From: Parasitella parasitica NRRL 2501
Lineage: Eukaryota; Fungi; Mucoromycota
Assembly (NCBI GenBank): GCA_025201805.1
Contig: MU619302.1
Location: 10,733 to 65,765, forward strand
DNA: 55,033 bases
Direction: 5' to 3'
Made by a program: the position numbers and the translations under genes. Below are positions 1-16,244 of this stretch, one piece after another. The first letter of the stretch is position 1. Each line of letters starts with the position of its first letter. The notes below the pieces were generated by a model that saw nothing but the letters and a program-made list of their open reading frames with translations, was not told where the DNA came from and ran no database searches.

Positions 1-66
1 ATAACCTTCTTGATTTGAAACAGAGACTTTATTCTCCAATTTACACAAGCGTATCACATCACATCA

Positions 67-558
67 TTGGACAATCTTCAATCTTCAATTGAAGTACATT
101 GCCATGATCTCCTGTCTATAATTATGGCAGATCAGGATACCTCTCGTATCTTGGATATCAACTTCCCTGCATCTGAAGCTATTGGTATTCTTCTACATAC
201 CCAATATGCGAATGAATTCTTGTCTCTGCTCCGTGAAAGTGAATCGGAAATCTTGGCTGATTTTGACCCATTGAATTCTGCTAATATTGCCGATCCCAAG
301 TACGCTGACTACACTGAACACGATCGTATGGAACTCATTGCTGAGATGGTCAATACTCGTTGCGTCGATGCCCTGCGCCCACCCAATGTGAGTAGTGTTG
401 GCCGTTGGTTCTTAGAGCTCGGATGGATTGGTCAAGCCGAACTGGACGAAGCTGTTGCTGATGCTATGGACCGACTCAAGAAAAAAGACCCCACAAAGGC
501 TGCTTTTCTGTTCAAGCGTTGCCATGGTACTTCCATAGATTCTGAGATGGAGCTTTAA
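67..558 (+). mobile_element. C-terminal part of ORF1 of a non-LTR retrotransposon (LINE) relic
   Basis: The peptide RILDINFP...GILLHTQY...DFDPLNSANIADPKY...VGRWFLELGWI resembles, from memory, ORF1 proteins of Mucorales LINEs. It ends in a TAATG stop/start overlap at 556-560, as at ORF1/ORF2 junctions. No intact ORF2 follows. Confidence 0.55.
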
Positions 559-559
559 T

Positions 560-2340
560 GTCTCTCATCAATGAATCATGTGAGAGTTATATGAATTACG
601 ATTATTTCCAAAGACAATTAAATAAAGAGACTACAAGCGATTATATCACGGAGAACGTAGGGTCTTTATTAAAGATTGAAAAGGAAGCCAGGATTGCTCT
701 GGTCCTGGTTTCCAAAAGTCTTTATACATCTCCATTTAAATGAGTCAGTGTCAATATTGGAATTGAGATGAGATTCAACCTTCAGTTAATAGGCGAAAAC
801 CGACAAAGACCACGACAATCGAGTGTGGCTATTTTAACTGTATGATGTTCAAAATTCATAATTATTGATCGTTTTTGGTAGGATCAACCCTCAGTTCTAA
901 GGAGTTATGTTTTCAAGATTATTTAATTGAGAATTTGCTGGGGCTGCAGGCGATTACGAGGCGGAAGTTCCTTGTCTGACATAGCTGGTGTCAGTATTAT
1001 TGTCTAACTTAGCCACTTTCTTGGCTGTACGTTCAGCTCCCAATTCAGGGGAGCGAGGAGAGGGAGGATCAGACATCACAATGCCTTTTGAGATTTCTTG
1101 TAATGCAGAAGCATCAGTCAGTGGTAGAGCTGGTTTATCATTGATTTCTTGACCTTCCGATACTGGGTTTTGAAGAGGATTGCTACTGTTGTCAGTGGCA
1201 CGAGAATCCTTTTTAGGGAGATCAGGTTTGGGGACTTTTGTAGTCGTTTTAACTGATTTTGACTTCTCTGAAGCCCTTTCTGTCTTTTTTTGGGTGTAGG
1301 AGATTGGGCCACAGCACGGATTTTCGATGGGACATCAATCTGCTCATTGCTTCGGGTGCATACGTTGGCTATATGTCCCTTTTTGCTACAATGATGGCAA
1401 GTAACTCACTTTACATAGTCTGGACGATCAGCCCGACAATGCTCAGAGCTTTGACAGTTACGACAGAAGGCAGGCATTTGATCCCATTGGAGCAATAACA
1501 CACGTTGTTCAGATTCAGGAACACGAGGGTTCCACATGATGACGCGAGACAAGGGCTCTAAATGTCTATGACCTGGGCAGTTAGAGTCCTTAGGGAGACA
1601 ATCGTCGCATTCATAATCAGGCGAAGATGCGAGGGTCAGATTCAATGTTGCATGTCCTTCTCCATTAAAGATACCAGCAGCAGACCGGTAGATACCATGA
1701 TCCAATACATCCCGAAGCAGGAGAGACGTTCAGCCATGGCAGCCTTCAATTCCATTGCGAGAAGGAAGGGAAGACTCTCCAATTTTAGTCTATTAATTGT
1801 GGCATCAGCTGGATATCAGAAAATCTTTCAAAGAGGTTCCATCTTCCAGGGTAAGCCCCGTTTCAATGATCGTTTTGCGACCACTGCCAGTAGGAAGCCA
1901 CATGGTTTCGAGGAAGGCATGACCGAGATAACTACGAGTTTGTTTGCGGTGGTCCAGAAAATCTTCGTATAAGTCATTCTGAATGGCCGCTTCAATAAAT
2001 TTCACCAATGCTTTATCAAGGAGAGAGCGATCTTTGACAGTTGTTAGATCAACAAAGACTGAGCCTTGCTCGACACCTTTCATGAATGGCTTAACTACTG
2101 CCATATTGGATGGTCCTGATGATCCATTTAGCTGATTTTGAGCAGCTTGAGAATCAGTTACAGGACGTTTAACGAAAGTAGGATTGAAAGATACATTTTG
2201 GATTTCTTTCTTATTAGATCCTTTTTTCGACTTAGAGCTCTTGACTTCATGAGTCCATAATTCAGGTCTCAAGTTGTTGGAACTAGCGACTAGACGACCG
2301 ATGTTGCGGTTGTGATGATAACATTTCCAAGAAGATGCCC
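560..2340 (-). mobile_element. Degenerate L1-like LINE: frameshifted ORF1 with two CCHC zinc knuckles, plus the start of ORF2 (AP endonuclease)
   Basis: Minus-strand ORF pieces at 1805-2272, 1406-1705 and 1118-1312. Knuckles read CRNCQSSEHCRAD(R) (last Cys lost) and CHHCSKKGHIANVC (~1355-1400). The ATG at 859 reads MNFEHHTVKIATLDCRGL, the typical APE endonuclease start (xxTLNCRGL), followed by stops. No RT domain is seen. Confidence 0.75.
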
Positions 2341-3833
2341 TTTAAGTTTTGAAAAGTGTCAAGATGGCGCACCAGCAGCAACAAGAATAATAAAAACATA
2401 AAAATTACTTTGGGAGCGGAGACAAGGTTCAAGTAAAATTAGTTTTGTAAGGCATCGTGGGACGTAGTGAAGCATTAGCCTTGGTTTATTTTTCTAGATG
2501 TAAAAACTTCTTAACAGTGATTGTTTAAGTCAAATGTGATTTAAGCTGTTATAAAATAAAAACCAACTGTTTATTGATATTAATATATGAACAGAAAAGT
2601 ATGTTTGTTTAGTTATTATCAAAGTATATTCTAGTCAATGTTGGTTATAAGCAAAGTGGTTATATATAAGAGAGAAAGCGAGGGGTGAAAACTGTGATAA
2701 TTGCAGTATATAAATGTATGTCAGTACTTGGTAGTACCAAGTATTAATGATAAATTTGTGTTGCCACAAAACAACAGAAGAAAAGGGTAGAGCTTAAAAA
2801 ATCCTGTCGATTCACTGGCGATATAAAAAAAAAAAGGGTGCCGTGGTTCTTCGAGTTGCCATCCTCATAACATGCGCAGAGCATGCTTAGAAGTACCACA
2901 CTTGTGCTTGGTTCCATGAACTTNNNNNNNNNNNNNNNNNNNNNNNNNNNNNNNNNNNNNNNNNNNNNNNNNNNNNNNNNNNNNNNNNNNNNNNNNNNNN
3001 NNNNNNNNNNNNNNNNNNNNNNNNNNNNNNNNNNNNNNNNNNNNNNNNNNNNNNNNNNNNNNNNNNNNNNNNNNNNNNNNNNNNNNNNNNNNNNNNNNNN
3101 NNNNNNNNNNNNNNNNNNNNNNNNNNNNNNNNNNNNNNNNNNNNNNNNNNNNNNNNNNNNNNNNNNNNNNNNNNNNNNNNNNNNNNNNNNNNNNNNNNNN
3201 NNNNNNNNNNNNNNNNNNNNNNNNNNNNNNNNNNNNNNNNNNNNNNNNNNNNNNNNNNNNNNNNNNNNNNNNNNNNNNNNNNNNNNNNNNNNNNNNNNNN
3301 NNNNNNNNNNNNNNNNNNNNNNNNNNNNNNNNNNNNNNNNNNNNNNNNNNNNNNNNNNNNNNNNNNNNNNNNNNNNNNNNNNNNNNNNNNNNNNNNNNNN
3401 NNNNNNNNNNNNNNNNNNNNNNNNNNNNNNNNNNNNNNNNNNNNNNNNNNNNNNNNNNNNNNNNNNNNNNNNNNNNNNNNNNNNNNNNNNNNNNNNNNNN
3501 NNNNNNNNNNNNNNNNNNNNNNNNNNNNNNNNNNNNNNNNNNNAACAACACAAACCCCAAGAATGCATGACTCCATACATTTCATTTATCCCGGCTTTTG
3601 ACTACTAGAAATGAATATACGTCATGGCTTACACTGGCTATGTAAAGGAAGCAAAAAAAAAACTTAGTTGCGGGTGAAAAGTTAGGAAAGATCATGGCAT
3701 GAGAAACAGAATTAAATAATAAAAAAGTGACTTTTTATCCCAGTTCCAAAAAAGGGAACGATAAAATGAATATTGATGTTCAATTTATTTTTGAATACTT
3801 TCCTTCCCTACATTTTTTATTTATTTTATTGTA

Positions 3834-5499
3834 ATGTCAACTCCAAAGAAAAAGCCAAAACTGGATGGTCTCCCTGGTAAAACAATATTCACTCAAGAAA
3901 TCAGAAGAATATTAAACTTGGATGAAAGAATGATAACGATCACTGCCAACCTTTGGGCTGAAGTAACAGCATTAGTGGATGATTATTTTGAAAATCATGA
4001 ACTGGATTTTCAAGCCATGGCAAAAAGTGTTTATGATAGTATTCTTTTAATCTTCTCAAAAATCAGCACTTTTAAAGAATCAGAAGGAAGTAAACGCGTC
4101 ATCTCCCAATATTTACGCGAGTATTGTGCCAGTGTACACAACTTTTTAGCTCAAAAGCACATATACACTGAATTCGTACGCTATTACGACTTACTAGAGA
4201 TCGAAGGAAGAAAAAAACTACAAGAGATCTACAAGGAAAAAGAGGAGGAAGTAACTGAAGAAGTAATAGGGAGAAAACTAGCAATACGTATCGGAAAAAG
4301 AGCACAACGTGTAAGTCAACATACACACAAATATATGGATATTGTACTAAGTACTATTAATTCTATTTCTTCCAAATTAAATTGTAGGACATTGAAGCCG
4401 ATAAAGAAGACAGGGGACCAGTAAGTTGAGCATAAAACATCGCTTATATTGACAACTAAACATATATAATATAGGCAAATATAAAAATGATAAAATCTTC
4501 CAAATCATTTACTATTCACCACCCACAAAGCACTACATCGACTCCAAACACTCCAAAACTGCAAAAGGAAGACTATGAAATATTAGGTCGAATTGCTGAT
4601 ATCAAATATCGCTCTACTAAACAAAAATCAACCATCGATATTGAATCAATCTTCAACAAAGCCCGCAAAGAAGAAAAAGCTAACTCCTCATTAAAACGCA
4701 TTCCTGGTGCTATTCAATTCTTAAACAATACTATTTTAAACGATGACCGTGTCTTCAAAAACAAGTATCTATGGGAGGAAGATGAGTCAATACCATTTAT
4801 CAATGCAATGAAATACATACTCTCCGATTATTACCAAAACTGCCTAGTACAAATTCCAACAAATTTCGACGATGAGCGAACGTTTTTCTGTGAAGTCATT
4901 ATTCCTATTTTGAAAACCTTCGCCATCCATAACAAGAACATGACATTTAGATGGTGTGAAAAAGAATCAAAAGAAAACAAAAGCTCATGGCTCCAAAGTA
5001 CTGACTACAGACTAAAAATATTGAAAAAAGATTATTGGATGGATATGGTATCAGCGAAAATAGAGGAATTGCAGTGATGGTTGAATCCTCCGGTGCCGAA
5101 TCCAATGTCACTCACTCTGTCGAAGATTCTATTAAACAGATAAAAAGTGCAACTGATTTCCTCACATTTCTCAAGGCCAGATTCCAAGACTCATCAGCAT
5201 ACACCTTCACCAGGCTTCGTACACCAACTTTGCTTCTAATTCGCAACCAACTCACAATGACAACAACCTCACTTGATTGGAATGGAAAATGGCAAGTCGT
5301 TGATGTCAGAACTGCTACCGTCCCCACTACTAAAGAAGGAAAGTTTAATTTGATAAAATTGTTCGAATTACTTGCCAACCTAAAAGAAATTTGGTATGAG
5401 CAACAACAAATCGTACTGGAATTGGAAGCAGAAGCTGTGGGAATCGGAGAAGAGTTTGATGAAACAGTTGGTGATCATTTTTCATACCAGGACAATTAG
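3834..5499 (+). pseudogene. Intron-containing protein with a C-terminal PD-(D/E)xK restriction-endonuclease-like domain (CR-REase-like); one frameshift
   Basis: GT-AG introns at ~4312-4387 and 4421-4474 join the ORFs in frame. Motifs: ERTFFCEVIIP...RWCEK...LLDGYG...VMVESSG...HSVEDSIK. A frameshift near 5010-5030 (TDYRLK vs TKNIEKRLLDG) falls just before the putative catalytic Asp. Confidence 0.55.
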
Positions 5500-5879
5500 A
5501 TTTCTTTCTTTAAAACCGTTGTTCCTTTTTATTGTATTTTATTGAATAAAAGATTTTAATCTAATGAAAGCTAGTGTTTTACTCTGATATTTGATCAAAT
5601 CTCGTTAAAGTACAGGTCATCTTCCAAAGGGGGGGGGGGAAGAGCTCAAATTCATTCGAACTTTAATCTATGAAAACTGTGAGGTTTGCTCAATTTTCGA
5701 TTAATGTTCTGTAATATTTTGTGTAAATAATTGTCTCGAAATGGTGAAGCTTTGAAATATTGTAGCAGCAATTGGTCTTTATATGTTACAAATTGTTCCA
5801 ATCGCTATCATATAAATTCATATTGCTCGTAAAAAAGGCTTTTAAGTGAGAAAAATGCCAATTTATTGAACAAATAATG

Positions 5880-7667
5880 CTCTTCTATCGTTGCTTTCTC
5901 AATCCATTATCTGATTGAATGGTGGAATGCACTTGGTTAAGTTTAGCCTGCAACTCTTCTTGTTGTTGGAGCGATGAATTGGCAGACCTGAGTACCTTAG
6001 CCAACTGATTCCTGGATTTTCTTCCAGACCCTGTCATTACTTTCTTGCAAAAAAAGAAAAGAAGATTTGCTTGACCTTCTGCCTCTCTCTGCTACTGCTC
6101 AAGTGTATTCACACTCTCAAAGAGACGAAGAATCATTGTCAACCAACTGTTCCAACAGGAGCAGAAGAGGCGAGGACGAAGATTTTGAGAGTGTAGGGAA
6201 CGTCAAACGCATGAGAAAGCAGAAAATTGTGCTTACAAAAGCGAACAGAATCATCGCAAGAGCAACTACAAAGAGTAGAAGCAGAAAACTTCGCCTCATA
6301 GTATACCCTATTTTTTTTTTCGAATCTGATGAACAGAAATACAACCAATGAGTAAAGAAAGTTTATGCAATATCAAGGTTCCTCAGGAAAATAGAATTTA
6401 CCTTGTAGGTTTCCTGGGAGTCAGGTTATATCTCATTGATCATGTCCTTTGCAGCTATAAAGGGCTCCACATCCACTCACTGTTTTCTGGCTATATCAAA
6501 TGGACTAAGCCTCACCTTCTTGAACCCAAAATAAAATTGCAGAGTGTCCTGTCGAAAATCTCTTTCAACAACTTGAGATAGAACGTACAAGAGTCGATGG
6601 ATTCTTAGGTCTCGAGATCTCCCTAAATAAAACGAAATGATCATGTTGTGATAAATTTCGATCAAGTTATCAGTGTGGGCAAATGCCTCCTGTGCAAATC
6701 ATTAGTTTTGTATAGAGCCAATAGCAACACGAGTGGATAACATACCGGTCTATAGGTCTTGACTCATCTATCTCTCTTTGGAATCCAAATTGTCCGTTTT
6801 CAGCCTTGAGCTTTTCTTAGAATTTGCGCCAAGTCTCATCAAACAATGCTGCATTCTGGCTGCGCAACATCCCAATCAACACGATTCGTATTACATCACG
6901 GATTTTCTCTGTAGCTTTGTTGGCCCCGGAAACTTTGATCTCATGCATACTTTATATTAGATTTCATTCAATACGCAAATAAAACTACCGTGTACCTCTT
7001 CGATGTGTGTCTCCCATGCTCTTTTGATGTGCCAGTGACACAAAAAGATTTTGACAGATGGACTAAACGCCTGGACAATTGCCACTTACTCAGAAGCGCT
7101 TTTTCTGTGCTTCCTACCTCATTCAAAAAATCATTTTTGGTAAGTCGTAGCAAGCCTTTGATTGCCTTCCACTCGAGATTTTTCTCTTCAAGGTTATATA
7201 ATCCATGTTTTGGCTTGAAAGACGAGAACCAGGTAAATCCTCCCGCAAGGTGGGGTCACGCGGATTTCATTTTTCCATGAGTATACTACCTTTACATGGC
7301 CCTCATGGTACATGATGATCCTCAACTGAGCAGGGCAACCGGCCTTGATGCTTGCTGCTCTTTTTCTTTCATGGAGGCGGAGGAGGAGGATGATGCTTCT
7401 GGTGCCTCAATTTCTTTTTTCATGCGTTTGTAATTATAGATATGTAAAGGCTCTGCTCAAAAGCCTTGGGGTCAAATATTGCGCCAGGAAGGTATTTTTT
7501 GGTGCTCTTGTTGACGTTTTGCAGAATCCACGTAGCATATGGCATTCTGGATTCTCGGCATACCAAATGTTAAATTCCTCTTCGCTTTGAAATTCAGACT
7601 CTTCAGCATCATTTTCGTATGAAGGTCGAAAACGAGGCACTATAGATGTTGCTGGATTGTAAGACAT
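5880..7667 (-). mobile_element. Decayed Mutator-like (MULE) transposase pseudogene
   Basis: Fragments NLEWKAIKGLLRL (~7140-7180) and HTDNLIEIYHNMIISFYLGRSRDLRIHRLLYVLSQVVERDFRQD (~6550-6680) match the TNNxxESxHxxLK motif region of MULE transposases. Many stops and frameshifts. The left boundary is approximate. Confidence 0.65.
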
Positions 7668-7812
7668 TGTTGTTTACATAGTGAATCACGCCTCTCTTAT
7701 TCCAAAAGATTTTCACCATTTCAAAGATTTGAGATGCATAGTGTCATTCGGACTCCAAAACAGAAAGAGAAAGGACATTTTTGTTATTTCTTCTCTTTCC
7801 AGAATACGAAAA

Positions 7813-9679
7813 ATGGGTGAGTGTACAATAAATGCATCATCAATGTACTTTTTCCCCCCCCCCCACTAATCCTTCTTTCAGGAGATCCTGAATCGATGAA
7901 TATGGACGAAGTTACTGAAGAGAAAAACGAGCAAGAACAGCAGCAGCAAACCTTTGAAACTCCCAAGTTTATGTTAGGTTGGACAGACAAGCAAAAATCC
8001 GGTATGCTGATAAAGAAAAGACATTCGTTCTGCACTATGGTATTGACGTTATCTAGAGTTTGCCTCTCAGTTATTAATTAGTCTACCCCCCAACGAAGTA
8101 ATTCAAATTGTTGATCGAATTTCACCGTATCTACATCGCAATATTTTATCAGTAAGTCCCAAGTTGATATGTCTGCGTTTATCAAGATCTAACACACACA
8201 CACACACACAGCAACTCCCACCTGAAATTGCAGTAGAAGTTCTAGGCTTACTAGATCTACACTCCTTGATTCAAGCATCTCAGGTGTCTCGCGGATGGCA
8301 TGCCTTGTGCGAAGAGCAGAGTTTGTGGAGAAATTTGTTTGAACTTCAAGGATGGGGATACAATCGAGAAGAAATGGATGACTATTTATCCAACATACCC
8401 GATGAAGAAGACTATCATGCGCAGAGCAGCAGTGGCAGTAGCCGAAGCTCTAGTAATATTGCGCCTTTACCCATTGTTAGGACATCTTCCCCACTTATCG
8501 GCAACAGTAAGTGGTCTCGATTATATCCCTCAAAGAATCGTCCTGCTGTGGATACCAGATCAGTTCGAAAAGTGAAGCGGTTTACGTTAGAGAGCATACG
8601 CTCTGGCAATGGAGCTGATATAGTGAATCCGCACTACGACCCTGCTTCAGATACCCGCTTTATCAATTGGCAAGTGCTTTATCAAAACCGATTAAACATT
8701 GAAAGGAGATGGAAAAACGGTAGCTGCAAAGTTCGCATGTTTCCCCCAGTCAATTGTCCTGTAGCTGATTTACACACAGAAGGCGTATATTGCATACAGT
8801 TTGACAAGGAAAAGATGGTAACTGGTAGCCGTGATCGCACAATCAAGGTTTGGGATATTCAGACAGGCCGATGTAAGATGACATTACGAGGGCACACTGG
8901 CAGTGTTTTATGTTTGCAATACGATGCGCAATATGTTTTCAGTGGAAGCTCAGATACGAATTTGATCGTAACAGATATGGAGACTGGAGAAGTGAAACGC
9001 ACCTTAACAGGCCATCGTGATAGCGTGCTTAGCCTGCGACTGGTGAAAACCAACCAAGTCATCAGCTGTTCCAAAGACAGGACTTTGCGTTTATGGGATA
9101 GGAATACTGGCGAATTAATACGGCTATTTAGTGGGCATCGAGCCGCTGTCAATGCAGTGCAATGGAATAACAACAGAATAGTGTCTGCCTCGGGAGATCG
9201 AACGATAAAGATATGGGATTTGGAGAATGGAGCATGTTTAAAGACGTTGGAATCACATACTCGTGGTGTTGCATGCGTAGAGTTCGACGGTAGTTTTATA
9301 GTGAGTGGCTCTAGTGATCAAACTATCAAAGTATGGGATGCTGTATCAGGGGAATGCGTGTATACACTAGTTGGGCATACGGAATTGGTCCGAACTATTC
9401 AATTAGACCCCATAGCAAAGAGAATCATCAGCGGCTGCTACAACGGGCACTTGAAAATTTGGTCTTTGGACGAAGGAAGAGCTCTGAGAGATTTAGGGCA
9501 AGCAACCGAAGGAAGGTACCTGAAGACATGCTAGATTATATATCCTGAATCTGAGCTAACATTTTACCAGAATACTCAATTTGAAATTCGACTTTAGCAA
9601 AATTGCATGTTGTTCAAACTTGGTCAAGATTGTCATATACGATTTTGCTGACCAAATTGATACCAAATTTTTGCTGTAG
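7813..9679 (+). CDS. F-box/WD40 protein, beta-TrCP/FWD-1/Pof11-like SCF substrate receptor
   Basis: F-box LPPEIAVEVLGLLD...SQVSRGW, followed by about 7 WD40 repeats (GHTGSVLCLQYD, GHRAAVNAVQ, HTRGVACVEF). Predicted exons: 7813-7816, 7882-8001, 8057-8150, 8212-9515, 9571-9679. Confidence 0.9.
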
Positions 9680-9770
9680 ATATTGCAATACTGTGTGAAT
9701 ATGACATGTTAGTACTAATAAAGGTGATCAGAGACTACCACTGTCAAATGGATATATATATTTATTATAA

Positions 9771-12797
<3,027 letters not shown>

Positions 12798-14304
12798 GGA
12801 TATTAGAGGAAAGAAACAAAAAGAAAGAAAAAGAAATCATCTGCAACCAGTGTGTGTGTGTGTGCGTGTATATTACAACTAGGCTCAAGGAGTTTGTACC
12901 GTACATATGGACATTTTGCTGTGATACTGTCTCTCTCATCACACACACGCACACCCCCCCCAGAAAAATCATGGTCGTATCACCTACTAAATTTAACCGC
13001 AATCAAGGGGATAAAGCGTTTGATCTATAATGTAGAGATATTATATGGACATTATTCGAAAAAAAAGTATACAGCGCTAAGCCTTTTTTTATGGCGAGAA
13101 GTTGTTTGCACAATGCGTTGGACACGAAGCCAAAATCAGAGTTATCAAGACGGTCCACATTAACAATAGCCTCAGCAGCAAACATGAGATGCGATAATGA
13201 TCTCTGAGCATTCTGGATGATTTTGTATGCAACCAGTATAGCTCCTTGGTGCACATGGGGATATTCCAATATTCCAAGATAACTGAGGCTTTCCAGGATC
13301 ACTCGGCCAAATGTCCCTTCAATCCAGCGCTTATTTACCGCAATACTCCAAGAATCCGTATAAACATAATGCTATGCTCACTTTTTGATGGGTGGGTTGA
13401 GGCATCCGTCAGCAAGTAAACATGCAAATATACGATATGCGCTTCTGTACAAAGCAACCATTGTTGGGTCCATAGACGACATCATCTTGGACCTTATTGC
13501 TGCTGTTGGACTCTCATTTTCGAATGGGGGTGAAAAATGCCGATGCCATCGTCAGCATTTAAACAAGCCTGAAGCCTCTAGTGACCAACCAATGAAGCCG
13601 CTTTACCATCTACCGTGGAGCAGCTTGCTTTCTCGCCATTGTTTGAGGGATCAAGCTCAAACATGCCAATTGCAGAATAACAGTGTACAAGATCGCGTGT
13701 ATGCATTCCCACACTCGTCGAAGCACATCGCCATCTCTGTTTGCCTGATTCAGGGGCAACTCTGCTCATACAGATAGCATATCACAAGCGCCTGTTTTTT
13801 TCGGTTGTAATTTATCCACTGAAATGGAACAGAAGGATTTGTTTAGCCAGTGAAATGAGACAAAACCTTCACGCCATTTCCATGCCAGAAGGTTTGCTTT
13901 AGTGTTTTCCTGAGCATCACACTTGTATGCACAATTTACTAATTTGAAATTGAATCCGTTCAAGTTTTGTGTAACTTGCAATGCTTGTGTAAGAAAGATG
14001 AAGTAAATAAATACCCTTATTTCATGCATAAACACTGGGATGATAGTAAGATGTGAGGATGAAACGCATTATATTTTGCGTCTAAACTATCTTTCATTAT
14101 ACCTGTATGCAAAAAAAAAAAAAAAAAAAAAAAAAAAACTATAAATCAGCATGAAAAAAACAAAGCATTTTCGTCACACTTACACACACATCATACAAGA
14201 ACGACAGAGGCGCGTATGTATTTAAAGCCAAAGGTTGTAGGCTGAAGCCGATATCTTGGCTTTCTTTTTCTTTTTCTTTTAATAAACAACAACAAAAAAG
14301 AATA

Positions 14305-15277
14305 ATGTCGAATCTCCACATCTTTCAAAAGGTTTCCAACGTTTTGGTTTACCTTCTGTTCCTCTCTGCTACCGTCTATAATCTCGTAGGCTCCTCTCCA
14401 TCTGACGACACTACCCGTGAAGGTCAGACGTACATCACTCCATGTAAGTAATTGTTGAATAGCCAGCGCTCGCGTCTTCTAACCACCCGCATCTCTGCTG
14501 CTAGCCTACTGGGTCGAATACATCTGGACTCTCATTCACTTTCTTCTCGGTGGTTTCGTCATCTACCAGTGGTTTGAGCCTGCCCATGAGGCTGCTATCC
14601 ATGGCGTCGGATGGCACTTTGTCGTTTCCGTCTTGCTTAGCTCCGCTTGGTTGACTCTCTTGGTAAGTTGTGTAGCCCTCCTGTTTTATCTTTTTTTTTT
14701 TTTTTCTAATCAAACGGAAAACGCTATAGCAACACGGCCATTTTATCATTGGTTTCATCTTTGTTCTCTTGACTGCCTCTTCTGTCTCTTGCGTCTTTTG
14801 TAAGTACTGCATTTTATCTCGGTATCGCATAAACCTAATCTCGTTTCATTCACAGACAAGCTTGCCAAGGACTACCCTACTACAAGCTGGTGGGATAAGC
14901 TCTTTATCCACGCTCCTTTCTCCTTATGGCACGGTTGGATCGTTTTCTCTGCTGTAGTCAACCTCTTTCAAGCCTTCACCGGCGTCCGTGAGGAAGGTCC
15001 CTCTGTCTGGATCCGCATCTTGGTTATTCTTGCTATCCTCTTCTTGACAACCACTGCTATCGGTTATGTTGAGTACAAGAAACACAAGGGTGATATTACC
15101 GGTGCCTTAGTCATTGGACTCGGTCTTTTGGGCATCTTTACTAATCAGCATGATGCTTGGATCCACTGGCCTGCTTTGGCTGGTGCCATTGTCACCCTCT
15201 TGTATCCCCTCCGTCCTTACGCCTTCAAGCTTGTTGGTCGCTCTTCTGATTCAGAAAATGCACCTCTTCTTGGCTAA
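14305..15277 (+). CDS. Trp-rich multi-pass membrane protein (TspO-like/DUF1774-like fungal family)
   Basis: Four predicted exons give MSNLHIFQKV...TYITP|SYWVEYIWTLIH...GVGWHF...|...LFIHAPFSLWHGWIVF...ENAPLLG*, with about 7-8 hydrophobic helices. The family name is tentative. Confidence 0.75.
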
Positions 15278-15492
15278 ATGTAATCATTTTCCATACGTAA
15301 CCTCAATAATAAATATCGGTAGTTTTTGCCTTTATTATCCAGAACATAAACCAGAATTCAGGTTGTGTAACTGTTCGTGTATAAAGTTATAGCTCCAAGT
15401 GGCTTGTTTTTCTTTGTCTGTTGCCTAATGTTACAACCGAAATGTCAAACAAGTACACAAAGAACTGAGCAATCTTTTATTAACTAAATATT

Positions 15493-15743
15493 TTATTCAT
15501 CGTCCTCTTCTTGTGCCTGACTACGAGAGGGATTCAACAACTTGAAGGCAGCTGGATGTAATGAGATGGAGAGGATGAGATGTCGCTTGTGCTATACGGC
15601 AAGGAAAGATCAACTTACTTTGGTGGATTTCAGCCTTGGTTCTTGGGTTGTTGTCCTTGTCAACATAGTCTGAATAGCGAAGAACCCCCTCCACATAAAC
15701 TTGATCACTGGATAGTGATGACCATGTCAGATGCACGTTGGGC

Positions 15744-15779
<36 letters not shown>

Positions 15780-16244
15780 ATCAAAACATCTTACCCCTTC
15801 TTAACCTTACTGAACCATTCGCCTGATTGCCAAAAAGCAACACGATGCCATTGAGTACGTTTAATCAGATTTCCTATCCCACAATACAGTCAATGATGGA
15901 TCCTCCAATCCTGCAACTTTATATATCAACCTTCTTTATCAGGTCTTGTTTCAGACGTAGCAACTGTGTAATTGGAAACATGGCGCTCTCCAACCTCAGT
16001 TCTAGTAGGATCAGCGCCGATGCGTCCAATGAGCTGGATTTTGTTTACTGTTCCCCAATTGCTTGTTAACTTGTAAAACCAGCCAGTTTAAAGCAACTAT
16101 ACTTACAATCCGAACGGGCAGCAGACACAGAGAACGACTTTTGAAATTGGACGCGTCAGCAAACTGCTTCATCGTTGGCAGCACACTGATACTTACCCTA
16201 ACAAACTTCAAAGACTGATTGGCAGGGCGGAAAAATGCTGACAT
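15493..16244 (-). CDS. RIM1: Mitochondrial single-stranded DNA-binding protein
   Basis: Presequence MSAFFRPANQSLKFVR..., then OB-fold motifs NKIQLIGRIGADP, YTVATSE, TQWHRVAFW and KG|DQVYVEGVLRY, and an acidic tail EEDDE*. Confidence 0.88.

Noticed and set aside
2744-3608. Long ORFs in the ORF track
   Set aside because: Artefacts of translating through the N gap.
5629-7864. G11 run (5629-5639) and C11 run (7854-7864) as MULE termini
   Set aside because: No matching TSD, and the C run lies inside a well-formed intron (GTGAGT...ACTAAT...CAG) of the F-box gene.
13003-13777. Possible decayed coding sequence (DVLRRVWECI, GEKASCST on the minus strand)
   Set aside because: Fragments lie in different frames and are too degraded to assign. 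May be another nuclease or TE relic.
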